This document shows positions 48,951 to 64,000 of a stretch of DNA of 64,000 nucleotides, piece after piece. The DNA comes from Thermoanaerobaculia bacterium (GTDB taxonomy: Bacteria; Acidobacteriota; Thermoanaerobaculia; Multivoradales; SZUA-115), in assembly GCA_036274895.1 (NCBI GenBank), contig DASUEU010000057.1:5807-69806 (forward strand), given 5' to 3'. Numbering within the stretch: position 1 is the stretch's first letter; each line of letters starts with the position of its first letter. The notes below the pieces were generated by a model. That model was not told the DNA's origin. It saw nothing but the letters and a program-made list of their open reading frames with translations, and made no database searches. The translations under genes were made by a program, and so were the position numbers.

Positions 48951-49729
48951 CGAGTCGGGTCCCCCGGGGGCGAGGTTTCCCACGGCAGCTTGCGCTCACG
49001 GACGAAGGCGGCGATGTTGCGCCGCACCAGCGGGGAGGCCATCAGCTCGGCCAGCTCGGCGAGGGCCGCCCGCTCGACCTCGGGCGAGAGAGACCACAGC
49101 GAGCAGAAGTGGCGCTTGGCCCGACCGAGGGTCGTGGGATCGATCTTCGACAGGCGGAAGGCCAGCCTGCGGATGGGCTCGTCGGGGTCTTCGGTCCGTT
49201 GGTCCACCAGGTGGATGCGCTCGGCCTCGGCGGCGCCGATCGGCAGGGTGGCGAGGGTCATGGCGTAGGCCTTCTGGAAGCCGACCCTGCGGATCAGGAA
49301 GGGCAGCACGCAGCAGGGCAGGAGGCCCCACAGCGCCTCGGGGAGGCTGAACTGGCTGCGCTCGGTGGCGAAGACGAAATCGCAGGCCACGGCCAGCCCG
49401 ACGCCGCCGCCGGCGGCGCGGCCGTCGACTTTGGCCACCACCACCCGGGGCAGCCGGGTCAGGCGCTCGAGCAGCGCCAGGAAGGCGGCACCACCGTCGC
49501 TGCCGCCGTCCTCGGCGGCCGCCTGCTCGAAGTCCATGCCGGTCGAGAACACGCCGTCCCGCCCCTCGAGCACCACCATCCGGCAGGCGGTCGTGGCCTC
49601 GGCCTGGTCCAGGGCCGCCTGGATCTCGCGCAGCAAGGCCGGGGTGAGGCCGTTGCCCTGGGCCGGCCGGTCCAGGGTCAGGGTGAGGACGGCGGGCGCG
49701 GTGGCGCGGACGAGCAGGCCCTCTGCCAC
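48947..49729 (-). CDS. enoyl-CoA hydratase/isomerase (crotonase) of a beta-branching cassette
   Basis: Crotonase oxyanion region VVAKVDGRAAGGGVGLAVACDFVFA...PEALWGLLP. Likely GTG start at 49727-49729, with GGAG 6 nt upstream, immediately after the HMGS stop. The long ORF-track N-terminal extension is junk. Confidence 0.75.
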   Translation of the reverse strand: MAEGLLVRATAPAVLTLTLDRPAQGNGLTPALLREIQAALDQAEATTACRMVVLEGRDGVFSTGMDFEQAAAEDGGSDGGAAFLALLERLTRLPRVVVAKVDGRAAGGGVGLAVACDFVFATERSQFSLPEALWGLLPCCVLPFLIRRVGFQKAYAMTLATLPIGAAEAERIHLVDQRTEDPDEPIRRLAFRLSKIDPTTLGRAKRHFCSLWSLSPEVERAALAELAELMASPLVRRNIAAFVRERKLPWETSPPGDPTR

Positions 49730-49731
49730 CT

Positions 49732-50964
49732 TCAGCTCCACTCGTAGAGGCGGTGGTACTCGTCGATGGCGCGCAGCACCAGCAGGCCCTGGCCGGCCAT
49801 GGTGCGGTCGTAGATCGCCTGGTAGGGAGCGGTGTCGACCGCGAGGGAGCGGGGGGCGCCACGGCTCTGCGCCGAGAGCTCGGCGATGGTCTCGTACTCC
49901 TCCATGTCGAGCTCGTAGCGCTCCGCGACCCGCTCCGCAAGGCCCAGGGCGGCGAGCGCCGCCGGGGCCCCGGGAGAGATGACGCCGCTGTAGAACTCGG
50001 CGGCACAGCCCGAGCCGTAGGAGAACAGGCCGATGCGCTTCGGCGCCTCGAAGCTCGCCCCCTCGATCAGCGAGCAAAGGGCGAGGTAGAGCGCCGCCGA
50101 GTAGATGTTGCCGATGCGCATACAGTAGGAGAGCGAAGGCGCGACGCGGGCCGCGAAGTCGCGCTCGATCGCCTCCGGGCCGAGGCCCCCGAGCTTGCGC
50201 AGCAGCATGCGATGGGCGCCCTTGACCATGCCGGCGAAGGGAGTGTGGAAGGCGAGGTAGTCGAAGGTGGTCCGCACGTCCGCGCCCCGCACCCGTTCCT
50301 GGTAGGCGAGCACGCATTGCTCCAGGCAGTGCAGGTAGGAGAGCAGGGAGAGGTCCGAGTCCCCGGCCTCGAGGTCGGGGGAGGGGCGGCAGGTGTCCAT
50401 CACCTCGTAGCTGTAGCAGCCGCTGGCGCCGGCATCGACCTCCAGGACCTCGGCCCTCTCGCCCACCAGCATGGCGACGGCGCCCGCGCCCTGCGAGGGT
50501 TCCCAGTAGGTGGAGCGGGCCACCCGGCTGGCGGTGTCGGTGGCCACCACCAGGGCTTTGACCCCGGACCGGCCACTCCGGGCCAGCAGGCCGAGCGCGG
50601 TCTGCAGGGCCGCGGTGCCGCCGTAGCAGGCATGCTTGACCTCGAAGGAGCGGCAGCGGCGGCTGAGGCCGAGATGGTGATGGACGTAGGTGCTGAGCGG
50701 CTTGCCCTGATCGAGGCCGGACTCGGTGCCGACGATCAGCAGTTCGATCGCAGCGAGCTCACCGGCCGAGAGGTTGCGCAGCAGCGGCCGGGCAGCGTTT
50801 ACGGCGTTGGTGACCGGGTCCTCGCAGGGCAGATTGACCGACTTCTCGACCATCATCAGGTTCGAGAAACGCTTGAGGTCCAGCGTTCGCGCGGCGAATA
50901 GCCGCTCGACACCCAGGCGCAGCCTGCCCGGATAAACGTTGATGGCTTCGATGCCGGTGGTCAT
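49732..50964 (-). CDS. HMG-CoA synthase-like (PksG/HCS family) beta-branching enzyme
   Basis: HMGS fold with active-site region SFEVKHACYGGTAAL plus His/Asn residues. 410 aa. Confidence 0.9.
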   Translation of the reverse strand: MTTGIEAINVYPGRLRLGVERLFAARTLDLKRFSNLMMVEKSVNLPCEDPVTNAVNAARPLLRNLSAGELAAIELLIVGTESGLDQGKPLSTYVHHHLGLSRRCRSFEVKHACYGGTAALQTALGLLARSGRSGVKALVVATDTASRVARSTYWEPSQGAGAVAMLVGERAEVLEVDAGASGCYSYEVMDTCRPSPDLEAGDSDLSLLSYLHCLEQCVLAYQERVRGADVRTTFDYLAFHTPFAGMVKGAHRMLLRKLGGLGPEAIERDFAARVAPSLSYCMRIGNIYSAALYLALCSLIEGASFEAPKRIGLFSYGSGCAAEFYSGVISPGAPAALAALGLAERVAERYELDMEEYETIAELSAQSRGAPRSLAVDTAPYQAIYDRTMAGQGLLVLRAIDEYHRLYEWS

Positions 50965-51026
50965 CGGCGGGCACGGCGCGCAGAGGGGAGGCGTCGGGCT
51001 GGGAAGCTAAGCGAGCGGCGGGGCAC

Positions 51027-51050
51027 CGTCTGCTCACTTTTGAGCAGACG
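51027..51050. promoter_or_regulatory. perfect 10-N4-10 palindrome CGTCTGCTCA-cttt-TGAGCAGACG (copy 3 of 3)
   Basis: In the divergent promoter region between the HMGS (minus) and Crp/Fnr regulator (plus) genes. An extra TGCTCA half-site lies near 51227. Confidence 0.65.
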
Positions 51051-51290
51051 GACTTTTGGACGAAGAAAGAGAATTCCGAGCGAACCAGAGAGGCATTGGG
51101 AGCTGAAGGACGAGCCGGATGTGTCGGTCCGATCGACTCGCGGTGGCGCAAGAGCCTTCTTCGAAAGAAACAGAGAAGCATTTCATTCGCAAAGAACAAC
51201 AAGTAGTGAATTCTTGCGTGAGAGATGCTCAGCCTTTGAACGATCCGGTGGGAGCGCGCGTCGGCGGGCTGCGAGGGAAGGAGACCTGAG

Positions 51291-51968
51291 ATGTCGCGTT
51301 CCGTGGCAGGTCCTGTTTCCCTGGGCGACTCGGTCAGCGCCTTGATCCGTCGGGGAGTGTTGCGCGCCTCGACGCTCAAGCTGGCCAAGCACGCGACGAT
51401 CTACAGCAGCGGTGATCCAGGCACCAGCATGTACGTGGTCGAAGAGGGTTGGGTGAAGATCGTCACCCACTCGCGGGCGGGCAAGGACTGCCTGCTGGCC
51501 ATCCGCACCAACGGCGACCTCTTCGGTGAGCAGGCCCTGCTCGGCGAGGTCCGCGAGGAGACGGCGACCGCCATGTCGCCGACCACCCTCAAGCGGGTGA
51601 GCCGCGACTCCTTCATCGGCAGCGTGGCCCAGGAGGAGCTGCTCGAGGCCTTGCTGCGCTATTCGCTCACCCGCCTCTCCGAGCAGCAAGACATCATCAC
51701 CGACTTCGTCACCGCCGACAGCGAGCAGCGGCTGGCCTCGACGCTGCTGCGTCTGGGCAGGAAGCTCGGCCGCCGGGCACCGAGCCAGATCCGCATCGAA
51801 GAGCGCATCTCCCAGGAGGACCTGTCACGAATCGTCGGCACCACCCGTTCCCGTGTGGGTTTCTTTCTCAAGCGGTTCGAGGCCCTGGGACTGATCGAGA
51901 CGAGCAAGAACTGCTTCCTGGCCATCAACGAGCAGCGCCTGTGTGAGTTCGTGGAGCGGGAGGCCTGA
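51291..51968 (+). CDS. Crp/Fnr-family transcriptional regulator (cNMP-binding domain plus C-terminal HTH)
   Basis: GGAAGGAGA RBS. cNMP-binding beta-roll. C-terminal HTH EERISQEDLSRIVGTTRSRVGFFLKRFEALGLIE. Confidence 0.85.
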   Translation: MSRSVAGPVSLGDSVSALIRRGVLRASTLKLAKHATIYSSGDPGTSMYVVEEGWVKIVTHSRAGKDCLLAIRTNGDLFGEQALLGEVREETATAMSPTTLKRVSRDSFIGSVAQEELLEALLRYSLTRLSEQQDIITDFVTADSEQRLASTLLRLGRKLGRRAPSQIRIEERISQEDLSRIVGTTRSRVGFFLKRFEALGLIETSKNCFLAINEQRLCEFVEREA

Positions 51969-51969
51969 G

Positions 51970-64000
<12,031 letters not shown>

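Noticed and set aside
48947-50317. 456-aa version of the ECH ORF and the overlapping 48996..50006 minus ORF
   Set aside because: Only the C-terminal ~260 residues have crotonase features. The upstream part overlaps HMGS in another frame. A GTG start at 49727-49729 after the HMGS stop fits.

Overview
High-GC (about 70%) bacterial chromosomal window, densely coding on both strands. 0-9 kb: a HepT-like HEPN toxin fragment at the window edge and a ~2,730-aa cyclic beta-1,2-glucan synthase (NdvB/ChvB-like) with a small translationally coupled membrane ORF. 9-15 kb: small accessory genes, including an AhpD/CMD-like selenoprotein whose in-frame UGA splits it into two fragments in the ORF track, an unusual Cys-free 226-aa protein co-transcribed with it, a lipoprotein metallophosphoesterase, a DUF900-type hydrolase lipoprotein and a membrane protein. 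15-24 kb: a czcC-czcB-czcA heavy-metal RND efflux operon whose last gene overlaps (ATGA) the start of a gnd-zwf-pgl oxidative pentose-phosphate operon; each junction in the six-gene string overlaps by 4-11 nt. 24-38.6 kb: secreted S10 and S8 peptidases, an orphan MacB/FtsX-like permease, a PLP decarboxylase, an AAA+ (COG1373) ATPase flanked by a palindromic repeat family, a VOC protein and a large BNR/Asp-box repeat protein. 38.9 kb to the window end and beyond: a hybrid NRPS / trans-AT PKS biosynthetic gene cluster. It contains two paralogous tandem ABM-like genes, a DinB-family protein, a P450, a SyrB1/SyrB2/SyrC-like trio (standalone A-PCP, Fe/2OG PhyH-family enzyme, Cys-nucleophile alpha/beta hydrolase), an AT-ER trans-acyltransferase, an ECH plus HMGS beta-branching pair, a Crp/Fnr regulator with a conserved palindromic operator at three cluster promoters, and a megasynthase (PCP-Cy-Cy-A-PCP-Ox-KS0-ACP-KS-KR-ACP-KS...). 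The megasynthase ORF (51970 to >64000, frame +1) is absent from the supplied ORF track, but by hand translation it is open for more than 4,000 codons. The gene content resembles leinamycin-type thiazole-containing trans-AT hybrids. The genomic context (ADOP-type permease, cyclic glucan synthase, GC content) suggests a non-actinomycete host such as Myxococcota or Acidobacteriota; this is inference only.
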